Positions 10,265-21,700 of a stretch of DNA of 64,000 nucleotides are shown one piece after another (position 1 is the stretch's first letter; the number at the start of each line of letters is the position of its first letter). The notes under the pieces are model-generated. The model was given only the letters and a program-made list of their open reading frames with translations. It was not told where the DNA came from and did not search any database. Made by a program: the position numbers and the translations under genes. This DNA is from a virus. Its lineage: Duplodnaviria; Caudoviricetes. The stretch lies in IMG/VR virus record IMGVR_UViG_3300034272_002196, positions 1,901 through 65,900 of that record, one strand, 5' to 3'.

Positions 10265-11096
10265 TGCAGATCCTTTCTACAAAATTTTTGAATTGATCCG
10301 ACAACAGATAATTCTTATCCATGATATGTAAATTTTGTCTGCTTATCACATCTGCTCGGCTATCATACTTGACCGTTAAAAATTTATTTTTAAGATCAAT
10401 TGCCTCGATGTTATCTTCTATAGTTAACATTGGCCATGGTATACTTTGTTCGGGAGTAAGGGTGTGCCCATTTAAAATAATATTGGCCATACTAAATGCA
10501 AAATCATTTCTATAGTTTGTTTCTCTAATAGAAAATAAACTTCTATAATACCCATAGTTTCTTTGTATGCGTCCTACTAAATCAAAAAATAATTTGGCTC
10601 TTAGAGTTTTTCGAAATAACACAACTGTGGCCCACACCATAGGCAAACTTGCAGGTCCCATTTCATCTATGTTAAGTGCTTGAGGAGTCTGCATGTTATA
10701 CATTAACCTATAATCAAAAGGTTGATCTAACAATTTTAACAAGCTAGTGTCCAGCATCAAATAATCTGTGTCTATTAGAATAGTTTCATCATAGGGGCTG
10801 AAGTCGAATGCTCGATATCTGTCAAAATTTTTCCATTCGTATACTTGTTGATCCTTAGAAAATCTAACATTGCCAGTTTTACTGTCAACACGAATTATTT
10901 GATCATAATCAAATTTTAATTCAGCATCTACGTCAGTGACAATAGTCACGGGAAGTCCCGATGTACGATTGACCAATCTGCTAGTTTGATCTGCAATTTC
11001 GGTGTACTTAACTTTTTGACTATTAAAAGCAAATACCAGTACACCTTTAGATTTTTCTAATTCGCTTGAGCTCTTCATGTTGTTGATGCCATTCAT
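10257..11096 (-). CDS. Putative GT-A (GT8-like) glycosyltransferase
   Basis: SPYDETILIDTD (DxD), WATVVLF, RNDFAFS, LHIMDK; start may be 11078. Confidence 0.6.
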   Translation of the reverse strand: MNGINNMKSSSELEKSKGVLVFAFNSQKVKYTEIADQTSRLVNRTSGLPVTIVTDVDAELKFDYDQIIRVDSKTGNVRFSKDQQVYEWKNFDRYRAFDFSPYDETILIDTDYLMLDTSLLKLLDQPFDYRLMYNMQTPQALNIDEMGPASLPMVWATVVLFRKTLRAKLFFDLVGRIQRNYGYYRSLFSIRETNYRNDFAFSMANIILNGHTLTPEQSIPWPMLTIEDNIEAIDLKNKFLTVKYDSRADVISRQNLHIMDKNYLLSDQFKNFVERICND

Positions 11097-11364
11097 TCAT
11101 TACACTTTGATAGTGTTGTCGAGCCTTTGTTAAAAACGATTGTTTATCTAATTTAATCGGATTCAAATAGATATCTTCTATGTACAAGATATCATCGGGC
11201 CACGTTGCCACAAATGCCAATAACTCTGGATTTATTTTGAACAATCCGTTTTCATAGGGCATGTGTAGGTCTGTTAAAATACGTTCCCTTAGCAATCGTT
11301 TGTTAATTTGATAATCTGTGGCCAACTTTACTTGATTTACAATTTCTTCTACGGGTGTTGTCAT
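11047..11364 (-). CDS. Hypothetical protein, first gene of the GT/radical SAM operon
   Basis: ORF directly downstream of a consensus sigma70 promoter; overlaps next gene. Confidence 0.75.
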   Translation of the reverse strand: MTTPVEEIVNQVKLATDYQINKRLLRERILTDLHMPYENGLFKINPELLAFVATWPDDILYIEDIYLNPIKLDKQSFLTKARQHYQSVMNEWHQQHEELKRIRKI

Positions 11365-11376
11365 AATGAATAAAAT

Positions 11377-11409
11377 AATAGGTATATACTATTATAATAT
11401 ATACCTATT
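11377..11409. repeat. 12-bp inverted repeat bracketing the -10 box (terminator or operator)
   Basis: AATAGGTATATA (11377-11388) / TATATACCTATT (11398-11409), 9-nt loop. Confidence 0.7.
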
Positions 11410-11420
11410 CTACTTGTCAA
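11391..11420 (-). promoter_or_regulatory. Sigma70-type promoter (TTGACA-N18-TATAAT)
   Basis: Minus strand TTGACA 11420-11415 and TATAAT 11396-11391, upstream of ATG 11364. Confidence 0.75.
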
Positions 11421-11437
11421 TTGATTTGATTCAGAAA

Positions 11438-12367
11438 TTAAGAAATAGTCACTGAGCCCCAAGAATTGGTTAAGTTAGTTGTTTCTGGAAACGTGGCTGT
11501 TAACAACATGGTCAAAAGGATGTTAATACTGTCTGCCGGCTGAGTGGATCCTGTGGTTGCAGAAGTTGCTGTCACTGTAATAGTAAGGACGTTGCCGTTT
11601 GCACCATAAGATCCGGTTGTGCCATTGGTTGCATAGAATACTTGAAAGGTATCGCCTGTATAATAACTGGTGCTGTTAACTCGGAATCTTTCCGTACTTG
11701 CGCCTAGTGCATAATACCCGCCTGTGGTAGTGTCTGTGACTAAGGTCCCACCTGAGCCAGTTCTGGCACTGTAACTTGCAGCATTAAGCCTTTTTGATGC
11801 AAAATTAGTTTGGGCCATGGTTTGAATACTAGTCCCACGAGCTGTTCCACCAGTATTAGTAAAAGCACTATATGATAAATTTAAGGATCCGCCGGCATTA
11901 AAGAAATAGCGTGCCTGATCGACTGATGCGAAAGTAACAGTAAAAGTAATAGTGCCAGTCACCGCAGAACTAGCAGCGGCAGACATTGTTACAGATTTAC
12001 CAAGTGATGTTGTTGTTCCAGTAGTAGCTGCACTAAGTCTGTTAGTGGCTGCTGTGGAAACTGCTGATGTCAATGTGGATAAAAACGCTATTGTGGTTCC
12101 AGCAGTTGGAGCACTTATACCAGATCCGCTGCCGCTTTGATGAATCCTGGCTGAATTTAATGTATTAACTAAACTTGCCCAGTTAGTTGCTGCCACTGTG
12201 CCGCTGACAGACACGTTACTGACTGCGGTTTGGCCGTAGCCATAATTTCCCTGACCAGTTGACCAAACAGGATTAAGTTGAGTTCCACCGCCTTGAGTTC
12301 CTGCCGAGGCCCCTACTAAATTGTTGAAATCACTTGCTTGTATTAATCCACCAGATGCGTATGTCAT
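11438..12367 (-). CDS. Virion structural protein (tail fibre/baseplate associated)
   Basis: Thr/Ser/Gly-rich, beta-rich 309 aa; ARYFFNAGG; last gene of the late tail operon. Confidence 0.65.
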   Translation of the reverse strand: MTYASGGLIQASDFNNLVGASAGTQGGGTQLNPVWSTGQGNYGYGQTAVSNVSVSGTVAATNWASLVNTLNSARIHQSGSGSGISAPTAGTTIAFLSTLTSAVSTAATNRLSAATTGTTTSLGKSVTMSAAASSAVTGTITFTVTFASVDQARYFFNAGGSLNLSYSAFTNTGGTARGTSIQTMAQTNFASKRLNAASYSARTGSGGTLVTDTTTGGYYALGASTERFRVNSTSYYTGDTFQVFYATNGTTGSYGANGNVLTITVTATSATTGSTQPADSINILLTMLLTATFPETTNLTNSWGSVTIS

Positions 12368-12379
12368 ATTTTGTTCCGT

Positions 12380-14002
12380 TTAACTATTTAATGTTACGAT
12401 GGCGTATATTGTTCCTTCACCGTCGTCTGCCTTGTTTTCTAGTGCTCGACCAATTACATTAAATGGTGTAATTTCTTCTTTATTTGCAGCGCGAGCCAAT
12501 CCTCGGCCTGCACTGACCAATCTTTGGCCTTTCTTAATAGAGCCAACTACTTTAACAGGAACACGGCCACTGACTGCTACCGGAGGATGAGTTTCATTGG
12601 TCCCAGCTTGACTGTTCATCAAATAAGCTGCACGAGTACTAACAACTCCGAATACGTCCTCACTTAATTCTTCAGTTGCAATTGTAACTTCTGCAGCACC
12701 GCCCATGGTCAAAACTGTACCTGGTTCATAGTGTGCGTCTGCTTCGAATCTTTCTGCCAAGTCAGCGTATAACGCATTGATAGCCACACCATTAAAATAT
12801 GCGCCATTGATATTACCAGCGGCAAAGATTGCTCCACCTAAGCTCATTCCGCCGCTAATTCGCAGTGCCCCAGTTACGTTACTGGTAGCAGCATCACTGT
12901 TTGAAATAATAAGATACCCGCTGGTAGAAATATTACCCGTTGCGCGAGCTTCTCTACTTACGACAACGTTGCCTAATGCAACAAAGCTATTAGATGTAAA
13001 CACATTTCCATTTACACCAACTCCACCATTAGTTACTCTAACAGCACCTGTCACATTGCTAGTTGCTTGGTCTGCACTAGTTGTAGCAATATAACCGCTG
13101 GTGTTAAAAGCACCAGATGTAATTAAGTTAGCAATAGTAGTAGACCCGTCGGATCCGTTTACTGTTAGTGCTGTAACAATTCCGCTACCGATGTTAGCAC
13201 GAATTACCAAATTCGCATTTTGTATGTTATTAGTTAACTGTGTGACATTTCCACTTACCCCAACAGTAAAATTATTTCCTGTACCAACAGTTAACCCGCT
13301 GTTATTATTAACAGAAATAGTGTTGGCAAAAGTAGTGGCAATATCTGTTCTAGCATAATTAGTCGAACTAATACTGCCTAGTGCGTCCGAATTTGTAGCA
13401 GTGCCCACATACTTAATATTAGCAATTGCTGTACTTAAATTAAATCCTGGCCTGATTGTGCTAAATCCAGAAATAACAGTTTGCGGAGTATACTCGCTGT
13501 CTTTACTGACAATGGCTACTAAAGTGTTAGAAACATATACGTTAACCGCCACGTGGCTGGTTAACCCTGAATCTGTGATAGTTCCAACAATTGTTCCAGA
13601 CTGGCCGGTGTTACTAGTAAAAGCTGGGCCGATTAAGACCCATGAAGCACCATTGTATATATTGAGCTGCTGATTAAATGTATCCCACCAAGCATTGCCA
13701 GTAACAGATCCCGTAGGTGCGCTGTTACTAGCTGTCATTGTACCCAAAGTTCTAAATGTAGAACCTGTATAAACTTTTAAATTGCCTGCACTATCCCACC
13801 AAAGTTGCCCAATTAATGGGGTTGTTGGCGGTGTAGTACTTGCAGAGTTTTCAAGAACATGAACTAAGTCTGTATTCAAAAAAGTACCATAACCTGCATA
13901 GTTTTTACCCACTAAGGTAAGACTACAGGCCGTACTGTTAACTGTACCGTCCGCTATGGTCGTTAAAATTGTACCATTTGTTAAATTAATCGTATAGGCC
14001 AT
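12380..14002 (-). CDS. Tail fibre/spike with C-terminal intramolecular chaperone-like domain
   Basis: GQLWWD...LKVY knob repeats, duplicated ATSNVTGA(V/L)R(V/I).GG repeat, C-terminal YADLAE...GVVS...VAVSGRVPVKV...IGRALE chaperone-type segment. Confidence 0.7.
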   Translation of the reverse strand: MAYTINLTNGTILTTIADGTVNSTACSLTLVGKNYAGYGTFLNTDLVHVLENSASTTPPTTPLIGQLWWDSAGNLKVYTGSTFRTLGTMTASNSAPTGSVTGNAWWDTFNQQLNIYNGASWVLIGPAFTSNTGQSGTIVGTITDSGLTSHVAVNVYVSNTLVAIVSKDSEYTPQTVISGFSTIRPGFNLSTAIANIKYVGTATNSDALGSISSTNYARTDIATTFANTISVNNNSGLTVGTGNNFTVGVSGNVTQLTNNIQNANLVIRANIGSGIVTALTVNGSDGSTTIANLITSGAFNTSGYIATTSADQATSNVTGAVRVTNGGVGVNGNVFTSNSFVALGNVVVSREARATGNISTSGYLIISNSDAATSNVTGALRISGGMSLGGAIFAAGNINGAYFNGVAINALYADLAERFEADAHYEPGTVLTMGGAAEVTIATEELSEDVFGVVSTRAAYLMNSQAGTNETHPPVAVSGRVPVKVVGSIKKGQRLVSAGRGLARAANKEEITPFNVIGRALENKADDGEGTIYAIVTLNS

Positions 14003-14023
14003 TATTCATATATCCGTTTAGTA

Positions 14024-14031
14024 TATTTATA
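14024..14031 (-). promoter_or_regulatory. T4-type late promoter TATAAATA
   Basis: Exact T4 gp55 consensus about 20 nt upstream of ATG 14002. Confidence 0.7.
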
Positions 14032-14043
14032 TTCTTTTTCCAG

Positions 14044-14643
14044 TTACAAATTACTACTCAAATTTGTCAAAGTTTGAATTCTAATTGTGTAATCAATTTG
14101 AATTAATCTGTTTAAAGCTTTTTGAACTGGATGGAAAACTACGTGAGTTAAAAGTTTTTCACTTTCGCTTAGTAATCCCAGTTCATCAAACACGTAAGTC
14201 CCTGTCATTGTAGCACTGTTATCAAAAGCTTGTTGTCCGGCAGGTTCAGTATAGTCTAGCAAACAACTTACAAAAAGATCTGTGTAGATCAATCCTGGTG
14301 TGTGTCTTACTTCTATATAATTTCTACTGGGGTCTGTGTTTAATGCACTAGTGTTATCTACTACTTTACTGTAAGTTTGGTTGTATAAACTTGCATTTTG
14401 TCCGTATGTATTTGTAGGAAGATAGGTAATTACCCCAGTACTGTCAACTGCGGTGGCACCGTTTCCAAAAGCCATACTTTGGATAAATCCTGTGCCTTTG
14501 TTAGCCAAACTCTGGGCCAAAGCTTCACTCATGTTTTCATAATGGATTGCATTAGATTTATCACTGAGAATTTCACCGGTGCAAGGACACCAAATTTTTA
14601 TGTGTCCTTGAATCATCGTATTGGTTTTATCAAACATAATCAA
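14044..14643 (-). CDS. Virion/baseplate structural protein
   Basis: MAFGNG...FDELGL...LLTHVVFHPVQK...IDYTIRI, typical of baseplate/fibre-attachment proteins; ATG at 14637 likely. Confidence 0.6.
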   Translation of the reverse strand: MIMFDKTNTMIQGHIKIWCPCTGEILSDKSNAIHYENMSEALAQSLANKGTGFIQSMAFGNGATAVDSTGVITYLPTNTYGQNASLYNQTYSKVVDNTSALNTDPSRNYIEVRHTPGLIYTDLFVSCLLDYTEPAGQQAFDNSATMTGTYVFDELGLLSESEKLLTHVVFHPVQKALNRLIQIDYTIRIQTLTNLSSNL

Positions 14644-14647
14644 TCCA

Positions 14648-14803
14648 TTATTTTGCTGTTTCTACTAGAACTTTTCCAGTTTCGGGATCTGTGATTCTTA
14701 CAAAACCACGAACATATATACCTGTAGATTCGTTGGGTTTTTGCGGAACATCATCCTTTTTGTCTAACTCATTATTTCTATTTATCTGGTCTTTTTCTTG
14801 CAT
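14648..14803 (-). CDS. Small hypothetical protein (51 aa)
   Basis: Below track cut-off. Hand translation MQEKDQINRNNELDKKDDVPQKPNESTGIYVRGFVRITDPETGKVLVETAK*; fills the gap between two co-oriented genes. Confidence 0.7.
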   Translation of the reverse strand: MQEKDQINRNNELDKKDDVPQKPNESTGIYVRGFVRITDPETGKVLVETAK

Positions 14804-14811
14804 TTTGTATA

Positions 14812-15678
14812 TTAACTCAGTATTACATTACCATAAGATGAAAGCACTATCCAATCTTGTAATGCTGACTGCCACGACAACGTGATTGAAGATGTATTTC
14901 CTGTAAACATAATGTTGCCTGATCCCAATTTCCAACTCGGAGCTGCTATATTTACAGTAAACGTCGAAGATCCCATACTAGAAATAACTTTTATTTGCCC
15001 CACGACTCCGTTGGCCAATGTTGCAGTCCCGACATTAGAAATAGTACTTGGATTATATACACTATATGTTGCCCCTAAATCAATGACACTGCTGTTGGCT
15101 GTAATTACTTGACTAGTTGAATTAAAAGGACGAAGTACAGTATTGTTTTCACTTAGTGTAATACTTGTACCAGCGTTGGTTGTTAAATAATTAAAGCTGT
15201 AAACTCCAGGAGTAGGTGCAGTAAAAACTCGGGTACTAGGATTATACCCAGTGATTCCATTTGCATTGGTCGTAACATCAATGGGATTAATAATGTTGTG
15301 CGTGGTGCTAATTACGTTTATACCTAAAGTAATTTCTCTAACATTTCCAGTTGTTGGCCAATTTATAAATGCCAAAGTAACGTTTCCGTTAGTGACAAGA
15401 GTCTGAAATTGGCTAGCAGAAGCATCAATTACTGTAGATCCACTTACAGTTCCCAAACTTAATCTTGGACTAGTACATGTACTAAATTTTACATCTGTAG
15501 CTGTGATGTTACCTGTTGCGTCAAAATCCCCGTTTTCGATATAAGTTTTTAATGTAGTGGTTCGAACTTTATACGTGTCCAAAATGGGGCTGTCCGCTGT
15601 TATTGGTATCACACTAACAGAAGAACTTATAAGATTAGCCGAATTTATTTCGGGCAGTTCAGATATTTTAATAGCCAT
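14812..15678 (-). CDS. Virion structural protein (fibre-like)
   Basis: MAIKISELP N-terminus common in phage fibre proteins; beta-rich; ATAAATA late motif at 15696-15702. Confidence 0.65.
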   Translation of the reverse strand: MAIKISELPEINSANLISSSVSVIPITADSPILDTYKVRTTTLKTYIENGDFDATGNITATDVKFSTCTSPRLSLGTVSGSTVIDASASQFQTLVTNGNVTLAFINWPTTGNVREITLGINVISTTHNIINPIDVTTNANGITGYNPSTRVFTAPTPGVYSFNYLTTNAGTSITLSENNTVLRPFNSTSQVITANSSVIDLGATYSVYNPSTISNVGTATLANGVVGQIKVISSMGSSTFTVNIAAPSWKLGSGNIMFTGNTSSITLSWQSALQDWIVLSSYGNVILS

Positions 15679-15709
15679 TTTAAACCTTTATCCTGTATTT
15701 ATTATATTT

Positions 15710-18700
15710 TTATCCCACTTGGCCTTGTCTCAAGAACTGAGATTGAATGGTAGTTGCATTGTATAAACCAGTGCCATCAGTGGCAGTATCATCTTGTCCA
15801 GTCCCATCAATGTCCATTGGTCTAGAACTTTCTGTAGTGATTACATTAGCAAATTCTGTTGATATTGGAGTTCCGCCAGATGAATACCATAAATTACTTC
15901 TAATGTACCCAGTATTAGAATAAAACGTATACGCTACATTTGCTCCTGTGGTCAGTGTGACATCAGCAGCATAATCGTAACTAACACCAGTGGCGTTAAA
16001 TCTCGGAGTTGTAGACACTGTGGCCAGTGTATTGCTACTAATACTAGAAACCACTCCAATATATCTACCATCAGCTGCAAAAATATTGCCTCCGATTGTT
16101 AAATTTGATAAGAAATAAGTGTTAGTTCCATTAATAGTAGTTGAGTTCACTGAAATATTAATTGACCCAGGGCCTGTGTTGCCTGCATACCAAATTCTAT
16201 TAGAGCTATAAGGAACGTACTGACTTTGTCCTCCGTCGACTACACTATCACCCAATAGATGTTTTTTAATTCCGGTGCCATTAGTTCCTCTTCGTAACTG
16301 CCCAAGTCTGTTATTGGCGCTGTCTTTTGTGTAGTAAGTAATGCGTTCACCATTGATGAACACTACGCCCGGTTCGCCACCTGAACCGGCCGGTTCAGGT
16401 AATACTGATGCATTTGTTACATTAATTTCAGTGTCGGTTATTTCTAGATTTGCTGCCAACGTAGTAATAGCAGATCCGTCTATTCTTATGTAAGTATAGT
16501 TATCCACCATATCTTTAAACACACGATAGCTTAACTTAGCATAAGGATTTGCAGAACTTGGTGCGTTGCTTATTTTCATCACAGCACTGGCAATAATTGG
16601 AGTGGTATTAGACCCAGTAATTATTACATTTGGAGTAGTATGATATCCTGCTCCCCCGTTCAATATTTGAAATCCATAAGCTGTGCCATTTGCATCTAAT
16701 AGAACCTGTGCTACAGCTTGAGTAATATATCCGCCGCCCTCTAGTACAACTCCAGTAGTTCCAGGATTATAGCCAGACCCACCGTTGGCTACGGCAATCG
16801 AGTCGACATAAATTCCTTGGAAGTACGACCAATTTTGATACGAAGTCGATAGCGGATCTACTGCAAGAGTACTAACCCTCAAATCTAATGTGTCATATAC
16901 CCTGCCAGGCACAAGTTCTTCTGGTGCATGACTAGCATAAGGCCCTATATTATAGGTGGTAAAGTTGTTGGCACTAAAAGATGTGCTTGAAGTAAAGGGT
17001 TGTACAGTATACCAAATTTGATTATTGTAACTTACTAAATCTCCTTTATCGTAGAATGTATTTTGTCTCCATTCTGTATATTTGTCGTACACATAAGGAC
17101 CGCCGTCTACAATTATATCTTCAGGTTTAGTACCTAGTGTTGTATCGGTATAGTCACTGGTGATAACTGTGTCAAGTATTACGTCACTGATTACATAGGT
17201 GCCATCACTGTCTATGGTCAACGGGTCAAATGGTGTACTGTCAAAAGCCGCAACATCAAAGCCGCCGCTTTCATCAAAATCTGGGCCTTTAACTTTCACT
17301 CCAGGGTAATCAATACCTGACTGTAGTAGTGCAAAATCTTTGCCCGGCAATCCAATTTCTGGATTGTAATACGCTTGTATTCTGTCGTTGGCATTGTCAA
17401 TTTTAGTAACAGGATACACTGTTAAATTAGTTAAACTAAAATTATTTCCGGAAGTAAAAGATGTATTAACTACATATGCTACACTATTATAGGTTATTAT
17501 TTGACCTTGTGTAAAAACAGTGTTAGGAGTCCAATTTACAATTGTACTGCCATATGTATATCGATCATAGACTAATTTAGCTGTAATCGACCTTACTTTA
17601 TCATTCTTTAAGACTGCTCTTGCTGATGCCTTTGTTCCGTTTCCACCAACTATAGAAATTATAGGAGTAGTGATATAATCGCTGCCTGCATACACTAAAA
17701 TTATTTTTGTAACAACGCCATTGGTAATTAATGCTCTTGCCACAGCATCATTTCCGTTATTACTACCGGTAATTACCACTGTTGGCGGGAAAGTGTAGCC
17801 AGTTCCACCGTTGATTATTTCAATTGATTCGATATTGTAAGAATAATTAGATAACCAATCAGCATATTGCGGTTGCTGTAAAGCTCTAATGTCTTCGATG
17901 AATTCTCCGCTAGGACTCCTGTTTATTTTTAATACCGGGTCATAGTATGGGGGTACATCAAAATCTGTTACATATCCTGTATAGTTGTCGTCGCCTTGAT
18001 AATCAACTACATATTCTCTCACTGTAGTCTTATAAGGTTTTACTTCATTGATATAATCTAAGTATATGTCAATATTTTCTCTGCTGTATATAGGAGGTTG
18101 ATTTAATCCTTTGATTTGTTGTAGTACATTGATAAAACTGGTTTTAAATACCCAATCAACATTTTTTTGCTCGTACAGTACATAATTTACAAAAACAAAG
18201 AATAATTTTAAAAATTCAATGTCAAGATTGTTAATAAAGATATTATTCTTAATAATATCAACGATTGATCTGATTTCGATGCTTGGGTTTTGGTCGAATC
18301 TGTTTATATCAAAGTTATCACTGTCAAATCCCATACCATATGCAGGCAATTCATATAAATTATCTTTTAATTGTATAGTACCATCCTGAATTGCAACAGT
18401 ATTAACTATGTTAGGAAAAACTTGAATAATAAACCATTTGCCCTGTCCATTGTTTAATATCTTAACAATATCCTGTGCTTTTAAATTTAAATTCCCCAAT
18501 TCTGCGGTTGTTTGAATTGTATAATTTGGCTTTACAGTTTGGTCGTAGTTAGGTGCGTACCAATCAACAAATTCCCAATAGTCATTGTTATTATAAGCTT
18601 GTACCCTATCTAATACCCATTCATTTCTGACATTATAAATTTCAATATCGTCAGTGAAAGTAAAAGTTGCTCCGCTGGTAAAATTATTTTTTACATAGTA

Positions 18701-21700
18701 AGCAATTTGATTATTAAGAATATATTGCCCACGTTTGTAATTTGTATTAGGTTGCCATGTTAACACCGACCGGTCTTTAACATAAATGGTCCACAAATTA
18801 CCAATTAAACTATTAGTTTGCACTAAAACTTTATAGCCAATTGGACGTATTTGAATATTCACGTAACTTAGTTCTTCTAAGTTAGTCACGGTCAAATCAT
18901 ATGCCCCAGAATTAGATGTTGGTATTGGTTCTCCAAGAGACAGCCCCGATATGTCGTAACCTTGGCTGATTAAATTCTTTTCTAATATTTTATTTGTATA
19001 AAGAACAAATTCTCGCATGGCTTCGTCTTTGTCTATTACCATGCTCTGTCTTGGTCTAAAATCTATACCGTATCTATTTTGAACTTGTAACGTAGGATCA
19101 GGTACTGGATTTCCAAAAACGTCTGCTCCACTGATACTATCTACCATTTTGTTATAGATATTCTGTGGTATTTCATCAGACTTGCTAGTTGTGTCGTTTA
19201 ATAAAGCAAATTCATTATGAATAATATTGCTGTTGATTTGTGTAACATAGTCTAAATGAAAAATAGTGTTTCTTCCTGTGGTCTCATTTTCCATGTTATA
19301 AATGGCCACACTGTCGTCTTTAAGAGCAGCAAAATATTTTATTCCAGTGTTCTTAGGGTCACGTATAAAACTAGCTATCGTTGCAACAGGGATACTACGG
19401 CCAAATTGATTTACTGACAATGTTGTCTTATCTTTAACCCAGAAGTAATACTTAACAGTAGCGTAGTTTGTCAGTGGGTCGATGTATGTTAAAGAAGTAT
19501 AAGCATTATCACTTGGATATTTAGGTGTTCCGCTGCCTCCATTGGCCACATACTGGCTTGGCGGATAAATGCTTTCTACCCATTCGTAAACATCTACACT
19601 GCTATTAGGAAAAGCTCTTCCCCAATTTGAATTTCTATACTTAATTGACCCTTGCTCGTAATCTATGTATCTGATTACACTTAGATCCCACCATACTTGA
19701 CCAACTTGCTGATTAGTCCAGAATAAATTATTATCTTTGGCCACAGTACTCAATGAAGTATTGTTATAAACAGCAGGATCGTAGTCTATTTTGTATGTGA
19801 TTTCTTGCTCGGCTAAACCTAATATTTTTCCTTTTGCTGGATCAATATAATCTAAATTGTATTGTATAGATTGACTTTGTGCATCGTAGATGTAAGCTTT
19901 TGTTATTCCATTAATGTCCACTCTAGGTTCTTGGCTTCGTAGCTTGTCCCATCCTAACAAATTATTTTGATTATTAAATTGGAATACTTTACCTGCATTA
20001 AAATTAAATTGATTAAAATTCAAAGATCCTATCAACATTTGATATTCTGTTATAGAAACTCCGCTACCGAATCTGTCATTGGTTTTAAGAGAACCCTCGG
20101 CAGAGGTAGGTGTCAATTGTTGTATAAACGCAAATTTTCCTGCGTTGGCAATAGAATTTACATTGCTTGGCAAATAGCTATAAATCCAAACAGAACCGCT
20201 GTCGTCAACCGGTTCTTTAAATCCTGTTGATCCTGTATCGAATGTTGTAACCCTTGAAGTTAAATCAAATGTTGTTGTGACAAGAGTGGCAGCTGAGTCG
20301 CTGGCCACAACTAAAATATTACTATTATTGTTAATTTGAACAACTTTTCCAAAATAATCATAGGATTTGTTGCTATAATTGTTTATGAGTTCGACTTCTG
20401 TGAATACTTCCAAGCCAAGATCATTGATTGCTGAACCTATTCCCGGTAGGATACGTAATTTATCTGCAAGGACTAGACTATTACTATCAATTTTTAAATA
20501 ACCATTTACTGCTGATGCAGTTACTCCTGGTATGTTAGCGTTATTGATTGCTGTCACAACATCACCCAAGTTGGTGTTGTTGAAAGTTACCACAAAGTTA
20601 TTAATTCGTAAAGAGTCACCACTGTTTACTGTAGGATTCTGAATTGTACCTGTGATTGTCCCGTACACTCTTCCTTGATTTAAGAAGCGATAAACTGCCC
20701 CACTAAGCAAATTAGTTTGACTTTGATAAGGTGCGCCAACAAAAAGACTACAGTTATTTGTACATATATCTACACTATATCCAAACTGTTGATCTGTATA
20801 TGGTGTTTGAGGATATATTGATTGAATTTCATGCAAAATATTAGACTCTACTGTAACAATTTGTCCTAATTTGGGAGTAGATGAAAACAGAACCCAGTTT
20901 ACATTAAATGGCACCCAATCTATACCCAGCGTTTGTAAAGTTCCATCTAAGTAAACTTTTGTAAATTCACTTATCGCACTAATACCACTGAATAAATTTT
21001 CACTGCCTTTAGCTATATAATTTTCTATAGATCTATTCCAAATATCAACAGATCCGCTATTAGTGTAAGTAACGTTGCCAACAGTAACATTTGCCTGTGG
21101 AGATCCAATTACTACTTGTGCTCCTTCTATAGTAGAAGAAACACTGTAGCCAAATTTTTCTGCCGCATTGCCTGCAATAGTTGCGTACAATGAATACCCG
21201 ACCTCCTGAACTACACTTATAGTACCAGCTGGCGGTGGAGATACAAAGTTAATTGTGGAACCAGATATTGTATAATCGTAATTAGGAACATACGTTCTAC
21301 TGGCACTTCTTACTAAAACTGCCTCACTGTCATAAGGAGTAAATGAAAGGACAAAAGAATTTACATTGCCATTGGCCGTAACAGAGCTGTTGCCGCTTTC
21401 CATTAAATTGTTAAGTGCATACACAAATACTGTGCCTGCCTCAGGAGCACCGACATATAACCATTGATCGTCTTTGCTAACACTGATACTATAACCAAAA
21501 TTTGCAGCTGAATTAACATTTGGGCATAACAGTTGCGATTCAGTTAACGATCCAAATGCGCCCCTCTTGTATGTGTAAATCCACCCTCGGCCAGATCCGC
21601 TTAATGGTGCGCTTGCAATTACTCGATCAGTTCCACTATCAATCACTGATCCTAGCCCAATAGTTCCCACTGCTTTGCCGTCTAGTGTAACATCCTCTAC

